Shown here piece after piece: positions 11,206-21,396 of a stretch of DNA of 64,000 nt. The stretch is taken from assembly GCA_963675295.2 (NCBI GenBank), contig CAXXKJ010000002.1:4352001-4416000 (forward strand), in the 5' to 3' direction. This stretch comes from a bacterium. Lineage in GTDB: Bacteria; Electryoneota; Electryoneia; Electryoneales; Electryoneaceae. The notes under the pieces were generated by a model. The model saw nothing but the letters and a program-made list of their open reading frames with translations. It made no database searches and had not been told where the DNA came from. Each line of letters opens with the position of its first letter. The stretch's first letter is position 1. A program made the translations under genes and the position numbers.

Positions 11206-11254
11206 ACGTGTTGTTCCTGAGCAACTTGAGAATAAGATTTCGCGTCAAAAAGAG

Positions 11255-11285
11255 ACAACCCCGGTCATTCTGGCCGGGGTTGTTT
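11255..11285. terminator. Terminator hairpin between convergent genes
   Basis: acaaccccgg/ccggggttgt. Confidence 0.7.
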
Positions 11286-11312
11286 ATCGCAGGAGTTAAC
11301 GATCAGCGGAGA

Positions 11313-11969
11313 TCAGTGGTCGAAGAACTGCAGGCCGAGGTTCACGCTGACCGTTCGGAAACGATCGTCTTGTCCGGAGGTATAGAACCCGGCTTCGGTT
11401 CCGGCCACCAGCACCGTGGTGATCCCGCCGAGTTGGAACCGCACTGGTGTGCGCACTGTCACCGCCGGCGCCAGCAACATGTACGATTGGCGCGTGATGC
11501 CGATGACGTCGATTGCCTCCCGTCGTTCCCGTTCGGCGAACGCCCAGCCCCACTTCATGCTGAACTCGGTCGCCAGCGACTCCTCGTAGAAGTCGGCGGA
11601 ATTGGTCCATGCCAGGGTGAACAGCAGGCCGGTCCGCGCGACGTCATTCAGCACACCATTGCCGTCATCATACGGCGCGCCACCATCCACGTTGCTGTAG
11701 CCTCCGAATACGCCGACGCCGTACCCCATGCTCGGCTCCGGTAACGGGTCCATCGGCCCGCTCAGTCCATTGATCCAGTTTCGCCGCCAGGCGGCTTCCA
11801 CGCCGATTGAACGATCAGGGCTCAAGGTCGCGGTGGACTCGGTGGTGGTTTCGGTGCGTGCGTCCACCTCGAACGCGTTCTGCTGGATGAATCGTTCGGA
11901 CGCGCACCCGCTCAGCGCCAACAGGGTGGCGATCAACAGCACGGTGCGGACGGTGAAAGTGGTCGTCAT
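11313..11969 (-). CDS. Hypothetical lipoprotein, possibly outer-membrane beta-rich
   Basis: Lipobox LSGC after a hydrophobic stretch; RBS AAGGGGA. Confidence 0.6.
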   Translation of the reverse strand: MTTTFTVRTVLLIATLLALSGCASERFIQQNAFEVDARTETTTESTATLSPDRSIGVEAAWRRNWINGLSGPMDPLPEPSMGYGVGVFGGYSNVDGGAPYDDGNGVLNDVARTGLLFTLAWTNSADFYEESLATEFSMKWGWAFAERERREAIDVIGITRQSYMLLAPAVTVRTPVRFQLGGITTVLVAGTEAGFYTSGQDDRFRTVSVNLGLQFFDH

Positions 11970-12865
11970 GGTTCCCCTTGATTCCGGTCGGCTGCCGCTT
12001 CACATGACACGATTCTTCTGTTGTACGCCTCGAAGGTACGTCCGGTTCGCGGCAATGGGCACGCTGCCTCCCCTCTCACAGGGATCAGGGATCGAGCAAG
12101 TCCTGGATCGGCCTCCCATCGGGATCGGCATGACTCTGGAGGACTGTGGAAATTTCAAGAAAATCGTCGAGTGGATGGTGGATTTCTCCTTTCGTTTTCT
12201 ATCTTGTGCATGAGGGATTCATCTGCGGAAGGTGAGCCGCAGATGGGGCTTGTTGCTCATCCAAACTCTTGGAATAACAAGTCTTTCCCTTGAATTGGAC
12301 GCTGCTATCGCGGCTGGCCTGCACAGGGTTTTACAGCTGAATGGTGGCGTATGCTCTTTCAGGTACCCCCCGGAAACGGTCCATTCTGACAGCATCTGTA
12401 TTGTGAACCGGATGATAATGACGGGCCGCACTTCCTTCACCGATCTGGTGAATTTCAGCCGTCGAAAGACAGTAGAACCCGGAACTTGCTGCTCCACGAG
12501 CGAGGATGGTGAATGCAAAAAATTCCCATCGGGTCTTGCGGGCGGCACGAATTATGTGCATGCTCTGACGCTTGGGTGAACTGGCTTTCTTTTGCTGTAC
12601 GATCTGGCACAAAACGCGATCTGTGACCTCGGGTCACTGGAAAACAAGCACCGACTGTTCACACTGATTTGGGAGACTTCGCCGTCTGTTTTCGAGGGGG
12701 TGGGTCTCCCTCTGTTGTCTTGGCAGTTGATGGTTTTTCCAAGGCATCGAGGTGGGAAGTCGTGCACGAAATTCCAGGTTCGGCTGAGTCACAGATCCTC
12801 ACAACGTAGTTCAAGGCAGCAGCGTGGACTCGTCCATGCAGGGTCAAACCTAAAAGGGGAAAGAG

Positions 12866-14557
12866 ATGAAACATGTAGTCATGCTCGTGCTCGGATTGCT
12901 GGTGGCCGGTATGGCTTTCGGCCAGGCAATACCTCCGATGAATCTGCAGGCTGAAGTGTTGACGGCCGGTGATGTCGAGTTGACGTGGGAAGAACCGCCG
13001 GAGGGTCTGGTTGAGGACTTCAATGACGGTCTTGCTCAGGGATTCGAATTTTTCGTTGGCCCTGGTTCATACATGATTGATGGTGGTTTCTGCAAATTTG
13101 ACGTCGTCGGCAACACCACCGACTGGGGTTCTGGTACCTACATGAACCTCGCGTTCGATAACTTCAGCTGCAGCACGACCATTCAGTATCAGGTCACGCA
13201 GGGTTATTCGACCGGTCTGCTGTTCTGCGGTAACGGCCCCCAGGATGGCGACTACGAAGGCTACGCGGTGTACATCAGCAACACCAGCTATTCCGCGTGG
13301 TACTACGTTGCCGGTGCCCCGACCAACATCATTGGTTGGACGACCGGCACCGCGATCAACACCGGTGTTGGCGCGGTGAACGTGCTGCAGATTGACGGCA
13401 GCAACGGCACCTTCGACATCACCATCAACGGCAACTACGAAGGCAGCTTCACGAACGCGACGTATCCGTCCGGTTATGTTGGCATGGCATGCGCTTACAC
13501 CAACGAAACCTGGTTCGATGACATCAACTGCATGTTCGCCGCCAATGCTCCGGATGCCCCGGCGCAGATGGGCGAGCTGGAAACCGTGCTTCGTGACGAC
13601 ATGGGTCGTGTGATCACCAACCCGGATGATTTCTACGTCCAGGGCCGTGCCTTTGACCGCTACGGCGAAGGTGGCAACGCCCTTGATGAACTGCTGGGCT
13701 ACAACATCTACCGTGATGGTAACCTTGTCGGCAGTGTTGGCATGGCGAACTTGAGCTACATCGATACGATGCCGACGCTCAACGAAACCTACGAATACAC
13801 CGTCACCGCGGTGTACGATCCGGAAGGCGAATCGTCTCCGGCCGGCCCGGTTGTCGTGACCTGGGATCCGGTCTTCTTCACGCTTGAAGGCCAGATCACG
13901 GAAATCCCGGCGGCGGGTGGTGGGATGTACTACGATGCGCACCTGCTCAACACACTTCCGCAGACCTTCTCGCAGGGTGTGTTCTACAAAACCTACGTGA
14001 CCTTCCCGAATGGTCAGAGCTTCGGTCCGCTGAGCCAGCAGCCGGTCGTGATCCCGGGCTTCGTCAACACGACGGTTGAAGGTCTGTTCCTGATGCTGCC
14101 GGCGCATGCTCCGGCGGGTAACTATGTCTTCACGGGCCGTCTTGGCACCAACAATACGTACGTGGAAGACACGGTTGACTTCACCAAGCTCGCGGCTGCG
14201 ACGGACAACACCTACGTGTCCGACCCGAGCGCCTGGGCGCAGAACAGCACGCTCGCGTTTGAAGACCTGAACACTCCAGTTGAGGTTCCGGTTGACTATG
14301 CGATGAGCGCTGCGTATCCGAACCCGTTCAACCCGACCACCACCATCAGCATCACCATGCCGGAAGCGGCGGATCTGTCGGTCGTGGTGTACAACGTTCA
14401 GGGTCAGAAGGTTGCGACGCTGGCGCATGGCCAGATCAATGCCGGCCAGCACACCTTCACGTTTGATGCCAACGGTCTCGCCAGTGGCCTGTACTTCGTG
14501 CATGCCGTGGTTCCGGGACAGCTGGATCAGATTCGCAAGGTGACCTTGCTGCGTTAA
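12866..14557 (+). CDS. Secreted T9SS-CTD protein, array paralog 5
   Basis: Same architecture; NALDELLGYNIYRDG variant. Confidence 0.85.
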   Translation: MKHVVMLVLGLLVAGMAFGQAIPPMNLQAEVLTAGDVELTWEEPPEGLVEDFNDGLAQGFEFFVGPGSYMIDGGFCKFDVVGNTTDWGSGTYMNLAFDNFSCSTTIQYQVTQGYSTGLLFCGNGPQDGDYEGYAVYISNTSYSAWYYVAGAPTNIIGWTTGTAINTGVGAVNVLQIDGSNGTFDITINGNYEGSFTNATYPSGYVGMACAYTNETWFDDINCMFAANAPDAPAQMGELETVLRDDMGRVITNPDDFYVQGRAFDRYGEGGNALDELLGYNIYRDGNLVGSVGMANLSYIDTMPTLNETYEYTVTAVYDPEGESSPAGPVVVTWDPVFFTLEGQITEIPAAGGGMYYDAHLLNTLPQTFSQGVFYKTYVTFPNGQSFGPLSQQPVVIPGFVNTTVEGLFLMLPAHAPAGNYVFTGRLGTNNTYVEDTVDFTKLAAATDNTYVSDPSAWAQNSTLAFEDLNTPVEVPVDYAMSAAYPNPFNPTTTISITMPEAADLSVVVYNVQGQKVATLAHGQINAGQHTFTFDANGLASGLYFVHAVVPGQLDQIRKVTLLR

Positions 14558-14600
14558 CAGCTTGATCGGCTGAATGCCGTATTCCTTCCGATTGAGAGGG

Positions 14601-14634
14601 CACCCCGGACTGGCAACAGTTCGGGGTGTTTTTT
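14601..14634 (+). terminator. Intrinsic terminator after paralog 5
   Basis: caccccggact/agttcggggtg hairpin plus T-run. Confidence 0.75.
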
Positions 14635-14991
14635 GTCTCTCTTGCGTCCCTCGGGGTACCCGTTCACGTTTGACAAAAACGCCAAACCGCTTGCAAAACG
14701 AGCTCGAATTGTGCAATGTCTAGGGGTCGTTCAGAATACAGTTGAGCCGACTTGCACGGGCCGCGTAGATCGACGCTGAACGGAAGGCTGTGCACGATAC
14801 CTCTCCGCTTCCGACGACGCGCCTGCAAAGGCGTGCCCACCAGGCCAGGCTTGACAAAGTCCCCCTCTCGATCGAGTTTTACGCAGCACAAACGTGGTCA
14901 ACGAGACGCGTGGATCATCCTGACCAAAATGGAATATTCAGCTCTTTCCATAGCAGTGATACGATACAGGGTCCAACACAAGGGGATTAAC

Positions 14992-16677
14992 ATGAAGCAA
15001 GTCGTCCTGTTTGCATTGGGAATGCTGTTCGTCGCTTCGGCGTTCGGGCAGGCGATTCCCCCGATGAATCTCGCCGCGGAGGTGCTGACCGACGGCGACG
15101 TCGAGTTGACGTGGGAAGAACCGCCGGAGGGGTTGGCGGAAACGTTTGACAGCGATCCGGGTGATTCCTGGAACTGGCTGGTTCAATCGATCAGTTTCGA
15201 AGACGGCTATGCCAAGATCAATGGTAGCGGTGCGAGCGACTGGCAGACCGGCGCGTACGAAAATCTGGAGTTCAGCAGCTTTACGCTGAACAGCACCTTT
15301 GAGATTCAGGATGCCTCCACTTCTTCGCGTGGTGTCATGTGGTGCGTCAACGGCCCGCGCGATGCCGACTTCCAGGGCTATGGCATGTACATCTCCAACA
15401 CCAGCTGGTCGGTCTGGAAATACACCAACGGCTCGGCGTCCAGCGTCATTTCCTGGAGCACCGGCACCGGCATCAACACTGGTCAGGGCGCGGTCAACAC
15501 GATGGAAGTCCAGGGAGCTGATGGCACGTTCGATCTCTACATCAACGGCACCTACCACAACAGCTTCACCGACAACAGTTATCCCCAGGGTTTCGTTGGC
15601 GTGATTGAAGCATACAACGTCACCTGGTACGACGAGATTTCCTGCATCTTCAGTGCCGCGCCGGACGCCGTCCCCGCCCCGGCTCAGCCGGGCGAACCGG
15701 TCGCCGGTTACTTCGATGACATGGGCAATCCGGTCAACGAACCGTTGCCGGTAGCTGAAAACGTGCGTGTTTTTGACCGCTACGGCCAGGGTGGTGGCAA
15801 TGCGCTGGACGAACTGGTTGGCTACAACATTTACCGTGATGGCAACCTCGTTGGCAGCGTAGGCGCGACCACGTTCAGCTACGTTGACACCATGCCGACA
15901 CTGTGGGAAACGTACGAATACACCGTCACCGCAGATTACGATCCGGAAGGCGAATCCGCCCCGGCAGGCCCGGTCAGCGTAACCTGGGATGCGGTCTATT
16001 TCACCCTCACCGGTGTCATCACCGAAATCCCGGCCAACGGCGGCACGCTGTTCTATGACGCCAGCGTGATCAACACTCTCGGCACTACGTTCAACCAGGG
16101 TGTGACTTACAAGACGTTCCTCAACTTCCCGAACGGCCAGTTTTTCGGGCCGATCAGCGCGTCTCCGGTCACCATTGCAGCGTACCTGAACACCACGGTT
16201 CAAGGTCTGTCGCTGAGCCTTCCGGCGCTTGCCCCGGCTGGCGAGTACATCTTCACCGGCCGTCTCGGCACAAACAATACGTACGTCGAAGACTCATTCA
16301 CCTTCACCAAGTTGAGCAGCGGCACCGACGGTGTTGTTTCCGATCCCAGCACCTGGGCGCAGAACAGCACGCTCGCGTTCGAGGACCTGAGCACGCCGGT
16401 TGAAGTCCCGGTTGACTTTGCGATGAGCGCGGCGTACCCGAACCCGTTCAATCCGACCACCTCGGTCAGCATCACGATGCCGGAAGCCGGTGAGTTGAGC
16501 CTGACCGTCTACAACATCCAGGGCCAGGTTGTCGCGACCCTCAGCGATGGCATGATCAGCGCGGGCAGCCACCAGTTCACGGTTGACGCTAACGATCTCG
16601 CCAGCGGTCTGTATTTCATCCGCGCGTCGGTTCCGGGCAAGCTGAACCAGGTTCAGAAGGTGACCTTGCTGCAGTAA
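14992..16677 (+). CDS. Secreted T9SS-CTD protein, array paralog 6
   Basis: Same architecture; start at MKQVV after AAGGGG. Confidence 0.85.
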   Translation: MKQVVLFALGMLFVASAFGQAIPPMNLAAEVLTDGDVELTWEEPPEGLAETFDSDPGDSWNWLVQSISFEDGYAKINGSGASDWQTGAYENLEFSSFTLNSTFEIQDASTSSRGVMWCVNGPRDADFQGYGMYISNTSWSVWKYTNGSASSVISWSTGTGINTGQGAVNTMEVQGADGTFDLYINGTYHNSFTDNSYPQGFVGVIEAYNVTWYDEISCIFSAAPDAVPAPAQPGEPVAGYFDDMGNPVNEPLPVAENVRVFDRYGQGGGNALDELVGYNIYRDGNLVGSVGATTFSYVDTMPTLWETYEYTVTADYDPEGESAPAGPVSVTWDAVYFTLTGVITEIPANGGTLFYDASVINTLGTTFNQGVTYKTFLNFPNGQFFGPISASPVTIAAYLNTTVQGLSLSLPALAPAGEYIFTGRLGTNNTYVEDSFTFTKLSSGTDGVVSDPSTWAQNSTLAFEDLSTPVEVPVDFAMSAAYPNPFNPTTSVSITMPEAGELSLTVYNIQGQVVATLSDGMISAGSHQFTVDANDLASGLYFIRASVPGKLNQVQKVTLLQ

Positions 16678-16706
16678 TCCGGTCGATTCATCATCGATGT
16701 TTACTT

Positions 16707-16740
16707 ATCCCCGGGCCGATACAGGTCCGGGGATTTTTTT
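16707..16740 (+). terminator. Intrinsic terminator after paralog 6
   Basis: atccccgggcc/ggtccggggat hairpin plus T-run. Confidence 0.8.
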
Positions 16741-17183
16741 GCGTCTTGTCCTCCGGCGAGAAACCATTTCTACAGTAAATCCATGAGAAATCTAAAGCTG
16801 AACATGCTTTCGGCAACTCCTTAACCTCGCTCTCTGAGGCTAGTTAACGAGTTTAGTTTTCATGCCCGGCTTGCAAACTCGTTGTGTTTGATGCAAATTC
16901 CTGAGACACGCTGCTGTCGGGTGCGCAGCAGACCCGAACAAACGCTGGAAAGGGCTGTTTTGGCGAATTTCACTTGAGACAATCGTCGACGGCCGGCGTT
17001 GAACAGGAGAATATCCCAAGGGGGGATATTCTCCTTTTTCGTCAAGGGTGGACGTATCGGTCAATCGACGTGAATCACGGGTAGTTGCAGGCAGATCTGC
17101 GCAGATCTGCCAACGGATAGCCTGTCAATCAGAGTTGCAGTGGCGTGAGTTGATTGTGTGCACGTCAAACAAGGGGGGTAACG

Positions 17184-18872
17184 ATGAAACATTTTCTGTT
17201 GGTCATCCTGGGAGTGGCGGTTGCCGGACTTGTTTTCGGACAAGCGGTGCCTCCGATGAACCTCGCTGCCGAGGTGTTGACTGCCGGGCAGGTTGAGCTG
17301 ACCTGGGACGAACCGCCGCCCGGATTGGTCGAGTCATTTGACGCGGATCCGGGCACCGCTTGGAATTGGCTTTATGTTGGCGGAACACTGGTGTTCGATG
17401 GTGGCTACGCCAAGATGGATGTCACCGGCACCAATGCCTGGGGGACGGGTGCATACGAGATGCTCGAATTTGACAACTTCGCCCTCGATTGCACCTTCGA
17501 AATTCAGGACACACAAACCAGTTCGCGTGGTGTGATGTGGTGTACCAACGGACCGCGTGACGCCGATTTCCAGGGCTACGGCTGCTATGTAAGTAGCACT
17601 AGTTATTCTGTCTGGAAGTACACGGCGGGCAGCGCATCAAGCATCATTTCATGGACTACCGGCACCGGGATCAACACCGGCATCGGCGCTGTGAACCAGA
17701 TGCATGTCGATGGTTCCAACGGAACCTACGATATCTACATCAACGGCACGTACCACAACAGCTTCACCGATGCGTCCTACCCGCAGGGCTATGTCGGCGT
17801 GATCGAAGCCTACAACATCACCTGGTGGGATGAGATCACCTGCTTCTTCGGTGCGGCGGCTGCACCGGACGCACCCGCGTACCATGGCACGCCGGTCGAG
17901 GGCTGTTTCGACGACATGCACAATCCCGTCGACACCCCGCTGCCGGTTGCGGAAGGTGTGCGCGTGTTTGACCGCTATGGTCAGAGTGGTGGAAACGCGC
18001 TGGATGAGCTGCTCGGGTATCGCATCTACCGCGATGGAGCAGAAGTCGGCGCTGTGGGTCCGGCCACACTCAGCTTCATCGACACCATGCCCACGCTGAA
18101 CGAAACCTACGAATACACCGTCACTGCGGTCTACGATCCGGAAGGCGAATCGTCACCGGCAGGCCCGTTGTATGTGACCTGGGAACCGGTGTATCTCGAC
18201 TTGATCGGTCAGATTACCGAAATCCCGGCCTCCGGTGGGTCGATGTACTATGACGCCCATGTGCTGAACACTCTGCCGACCACCTTCAGCCAGGGAGTGA
18301 CCTACAAAACGTACGTTCAGTTCCCCAACGCACAGGTCTTCGGTCCGTTGAGCATGCAGCCGGTCGTCATTCAGGGCTACATGAACACCACGGTCAACGG
18401 CCTGTTCCTGACGCTACCAGCCCATGCTCCGGCCGGCGACTACGTGTTCCGTGGCAGGTTGGGCACGAACAACATGTACCTCGAGGATACGGTGGACTTC
18501 ACCAAGCTTCCCAGTGCTGCGGATAGCTGGGTCTCAGACCCGTCCACCTGGCCGCAGAACCACACGCTTACGCTGGAGGACCTGACCACGCCGGTCTCAG
18601 CTCCAGTCGGCTATGCGTTGAGCGCGGCGTATCCGAATCCGTTCAACCCGAGCACGTCCATAAGCGTCACCATGCCCGAGGCGGGTGAACTGGCGATCGT
18701 GGTCTACAACATTCAGGGCCGGCAGGTCGCCACGTTGACGCAGGGCCAGCTCAATGCCGGCCGTCACACATTCACTTTCAACGCCGACGGTCTCGCCAGC
18801 GGTTTGTATTTCGTGCACGCCGTTGTCCCGGGCCAGTTGGACCAGATCCAAAAAGTGACTTTGCTGCGGTAA
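17184..18872 (+). CDS. Secreted T9SS-CTD protein, array paralog 7
   Basis: Same architecture; start at MKHFL. Confidence 0.85.
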   Translation: MKHFLLVILGVAVAGLVFGQAVPPMNLAAEVLTAGQVELTWDEPPPGLVESFDADPGTAWNWLYVGGTLVFDGGYAKMDVTGTNAWGTGAYEMLEFDNFALDCTFEIQDTQTSSRGVMWCTNGPRDADFQGYGCYVSSTSYSVWKYTAGSASSIISWTTGTGINTGIGAVNQMHVDGSNGTYDIYINGTYHNSFTDASYPQGYVGVIEAYNITWWDEITCFFGAAAAPDAPAYHGTPVEGCFDDMHNPVDTPLPVAEGVRVFDRYGQSGGNALDELLGYRIYRDGAEVGAVGPATLSFIDTMPTLNETYEYTVTAVYDPEGESSPAGPLYVTWEPVYLDLIGQITEIPASGGSMYYDAHVLNTLPTTFSQGVTYKTYVQFPNAQVFGPLSMQPVVIQGYMNTTVNGLFLTLPAHAPAGDYVFRGRLGTNNMYLEDTVDFTKLPSAADSWVSDPSTWPQNHTLTLEDLTTPVSAPVGYALSAAYPNPFNPSTSISVTMPEAGELAIVVYNIQGRQVATLTQGQLNAGRHTFTFNADGLASGLYFVHAVVPGQLDQIQKVTLLR

Positions 18873-18904
18873 CATCTTTCCCCACGACCCTGCAGAGTTC
18901 ACAT

Positions 18905-18934
18905 CACCCCGGGCCGTTCGGTCCGGGGTGTTTT
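18905..18934 (+). terminator. Intrinsic terminator after paralog 7
   Basis: caccccgggcc/ggtccggggtg hairpin plus TTTT. Confidence 0.75.
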
Positions 18935-19042
18935 GTGTCCTCCCGCACGAATTGAGCGTGATCTCCCCCTCAACGCCACCAGCTTCCTGAGTATGACTCC
19001 CTTAACTCGGCTAACAGTAGCATCTTCACGGTGTTGGTCAAT

Positions 19043-20174
19043 CCAAAATTCTAAAATCAATCGCACAGGGCTCGGGTTTTGAAGAGAAGTGGCACTGCCG
19101 TCTTGTTCTGTATTTTGGGTTTGAGAGAACACAAAAACGGAACGAGGAACAGCAATGCCACAAGGTCAACTTACGCTCCGTGAGCGTGAGATGATAGCCT
19201 GTCAGCATCATCGGGGAGAGAGTGTCCCGGAGATCGCGAGACAGCTTGGACGTCACCGGACGACGATCAGTCGTGAGCTGCAGCGGAACCGGGATTCAGC
19301 AGGCGACTACCTGCCCGCCAGCGCCCATCAGCAGGCGTTTGAGCGACGGTCGGCGATCCGTGCCGGACACAGCAGGATCAGTGAAAACGAGGCGCTGAGA
19401 GCGTACCTGGAAGTGCATCTGCGCGGCGAGTACTGGTCGCCGGATGTGTTGGCCGGTCGTCTGCGGCGGGAGTTTCGTGACGACCCGTCGATGCAGGTGA
19501 GCACGCAGACGATCTACAGCTGGATCCGCCGTGACCAGGACAACGGCGGCACGCTTCACCTGTGCCTGAATCACGGGCGTCGCGGCTATCGCAAACGTGG
19601 GTCACGCAAGGACTTCCGTGGCATGATCCGCAACCGGACGGGCATCGAAGAACGTCCGGAGATCGTTGACAAACTGGGCCGTGCGGGCGACTGGGAGTCG
19701 GACACGATCCACGGCAAGGGGCACAAGGGAGCGATTGCCAGCCACGTCGAGCGACGCAGCAAATACACCGTGCTGGCGCTGCTGCCCGACCTTCGTGCCG
19801 AGACCTTCAGCACGCGTTCCGTCGCCGCGTTTCAACGCCACTGGAAGCAGCGAAAGCTTCCCCTGCACACGCTGACAGCGGATAACGGCGGTGAGTTCGC
19901 GCGGCATGAATGGCTGGCTGAACGGCTGGGTGTGACGGTCTATTTCGCGCATCCGTACAGCTCGTGGGAGCGGGCACGCAACGAGAACATGAACCGGATG
20001 GTACGGCAGTGGTTTCCGAAGGGGCTGGACTTCCGGTCACTTCACGATCTGGACGTCCATTCGGTCGAACAGCAACTCAACAACAGACCCAGAAAATCAC
20101 TCGGATACAGAACACCAAAAGAGGTCCTCTTCAATCACAAAACCTGATCGGTGCATTTGATCTTGGAATTTGCA
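19043..20174 (+). mobile_element. IS30-family insertion sequence
   Basis: Imperfect ~24-bp IRs (ccaaaattctaaaatcaatcgcac / gtgcatttgatcttggaatttgca); candidate 3-bp DR AAT (19040-42, 20175-77). Confidence 0.8.
19155..20147 (+). CDS. IS30-family DDE transposase
   Basis: HTH IARQLGRHRTTISRELQRN; GDWESDT, TADNGGEFA, NENMN and LNNRPRKSLG motifs. Confidence 0.95.
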   Translation: MPQGQLTLREREMIACQHHRGESVPEIARQLGRHRTTISRELQRNRDSAGDYLPASAHQQAFERRSAIRAGHSRISENEALRAYLEVHLRGEYWSPDVLAGRLRREFRDDPSMQVSTQTIYSWIRRDQDNGGTLHLCLNHGRRGYRKRGSRKDFRGMIRNRTGIEERPEIVDKLGRAGDWESDTIHGKGHKGAIASHVERRSKYTVLALLPDLRAETFSTRSVAAFQRHWKQRKLPLHTLTADNGGEFARHEWLAERLGVTVYFAHPYSSWERARNENMNRMVRQWFPKGLDFRSLHDLDVHSVEQQLNNRPRKSLGYRTPKEVLFNHKT

Positions 20175-20316
20175 AATCACCGTTTGACCACTACCAGTGA
20201 ATTGGACGAATGAATGCTTGACCTGCAACTGAGATTGACATAAACTATCTGTATGCCTGGCTTTCGCCGAATTGATCACAAGGTTGGTGTTCCATCGATC
20301 CAACCGGGAGTCACAA

Positions 20317-20982
20317 ATGACTGTACAACGTCAATCAGCTTGTCTCTTCGCTGTCATTCTGGGTTGTCTTGCGCTGTACGCCTGCTACCCACGCATCCCG
20401 GTTTACCTCCACGCCGATCTTTCCGCAAATCCCATCGACAGCGTGTTCATCTTCACCGCGTTCAGTTCCTGCACCGACAGCACGGATTCCACCGACTACC
20501 ACCAGCACGCCGTCCTCGAAGCGAAACGCTGTCTTGAAGAGCGTGGATATACCGTTTCATGTGCAGATCCGGACAATGCCAACCGCAGACTGTTCGCCCG
20601 GAATTCGATGGCGACAAGCATTCAACTCGATTGGATTGACAGCCTTAATGGTAATGAGCGGGGCTATGTCATGGTCCTTGAGTTGCAGACCGCGGATTCT
20701 GGATGGTTTTTTGAAGAGTACATCGACGTGAAGGTGTATGGCTATCTCTTTGATACCCGTTCCAGATCACTGGTATGGCAGGATCAGGGAGAGGGTGAAG
20801 TTACGGAGTACCCCGGCGGACTGATCGGAGCGTTGAATCCGATTGAACTGGGACGGGGAGTCGAATTGGCCGTCCAGAACCTGATGATGAGTTTTCCGAT
20901 GCGTGGCAAACGGTTCCGGTCCACATCCCTGTCCACCCCCAGCCCGATGGATCCGTCCGTGTCCAATAACGACGATCACTGA
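20317..20982 (+). CDS. Hypothetical lipoprotein
   Basis: Hydrophobic N-terminus with LYAC lipobox; RBS GGGAG. Confidence 0.55.
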   Translation: MTVQRQSACLFAVILGCLALYACYPRIPVYLHADLSANPIDSVFIFTAFSSCTDSTDSTDYHQHAVLEAKRCLEERGYTVSCADPDNANRRLFARNSMATSIQLDWIDSLNGNERGYVMVLELQTADSGWFFEEYIDVKVYGYLFDTRSRSLVWQDQGEGEVTEYPGGLIGALNPIELGRGVELAVQNLMMSFPMRGKRFRSTSLSTPSPMDPSVSNNDDH

Positions 20983-20992
20983 CTTTCCAGCA

Positions 20993-21299
20993 GATGTCCG
21001 CGGGAGCTTCTGTTCGCTACCGCGGATGATCCACCGACCGTAATCGAGGAACGTGCCCCTGATGGCTCCGCCAGCAGGGATGATCCGCCCTCGAACCACC
21101 CGCAGTAGCCGTCACAAACAGACGTGACGGACAATCACAATCCCCGATGCCCGCGGGAGCTTCTGTTCGCTACCGCGGATCATCCACCGTCCGTAATCCG
21201 CAGCCGGAAGAATGTGCCCCTGATGGCTCCGCCAGCAGGGATGATCCGCCCTCAGATCACCCGCGATAGCCGTCACAAACCAACGTGACGGACAATCAC
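20993..21299. repeat. Two tandem ~150-bp copies of a multi-hairpin REP-like element; related copy at ~48445-48525 (reverse)
   Basis: ccgcgggagcttctgttcgctaccgcgg...cccctgatggctccgccagcaggg...ccgtcac/gtgacgg occurs twice. Confidence 0.8.
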
Positions 21300-21396
21300 G
21301 GGCACCGTCACAACAGCAATAACAGACCATCACGGGCACCAGTGTCCTCTCTCGGGTCGTATATTGCCAGATATCTCGAATCCACCGAGGCGCCCA

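Noticed and set aside
12838-12865. cagggtcaaacc resembling the start of a c-di-GMP-I riboswitch
   Set aside because: No GNRA hairpin or GCAAA second stem; the sequence runs straight into the RBS
13067-14716. Long antisense ORFs (also 9931-11100, 14938-16203, 23867-25183, 31640-32884, 38792-40264, 42979-44202, 61195-63195)
   Set aside because: Shadow frames of well-supported genes in high-GC DNA, with no recognisable motifs
3811-18872. Diversity-generating retroelement acting on the paralog array
   Set aside because: No reverse transcriptase in the window, and differences between near-identical tracts are not adenine-specific
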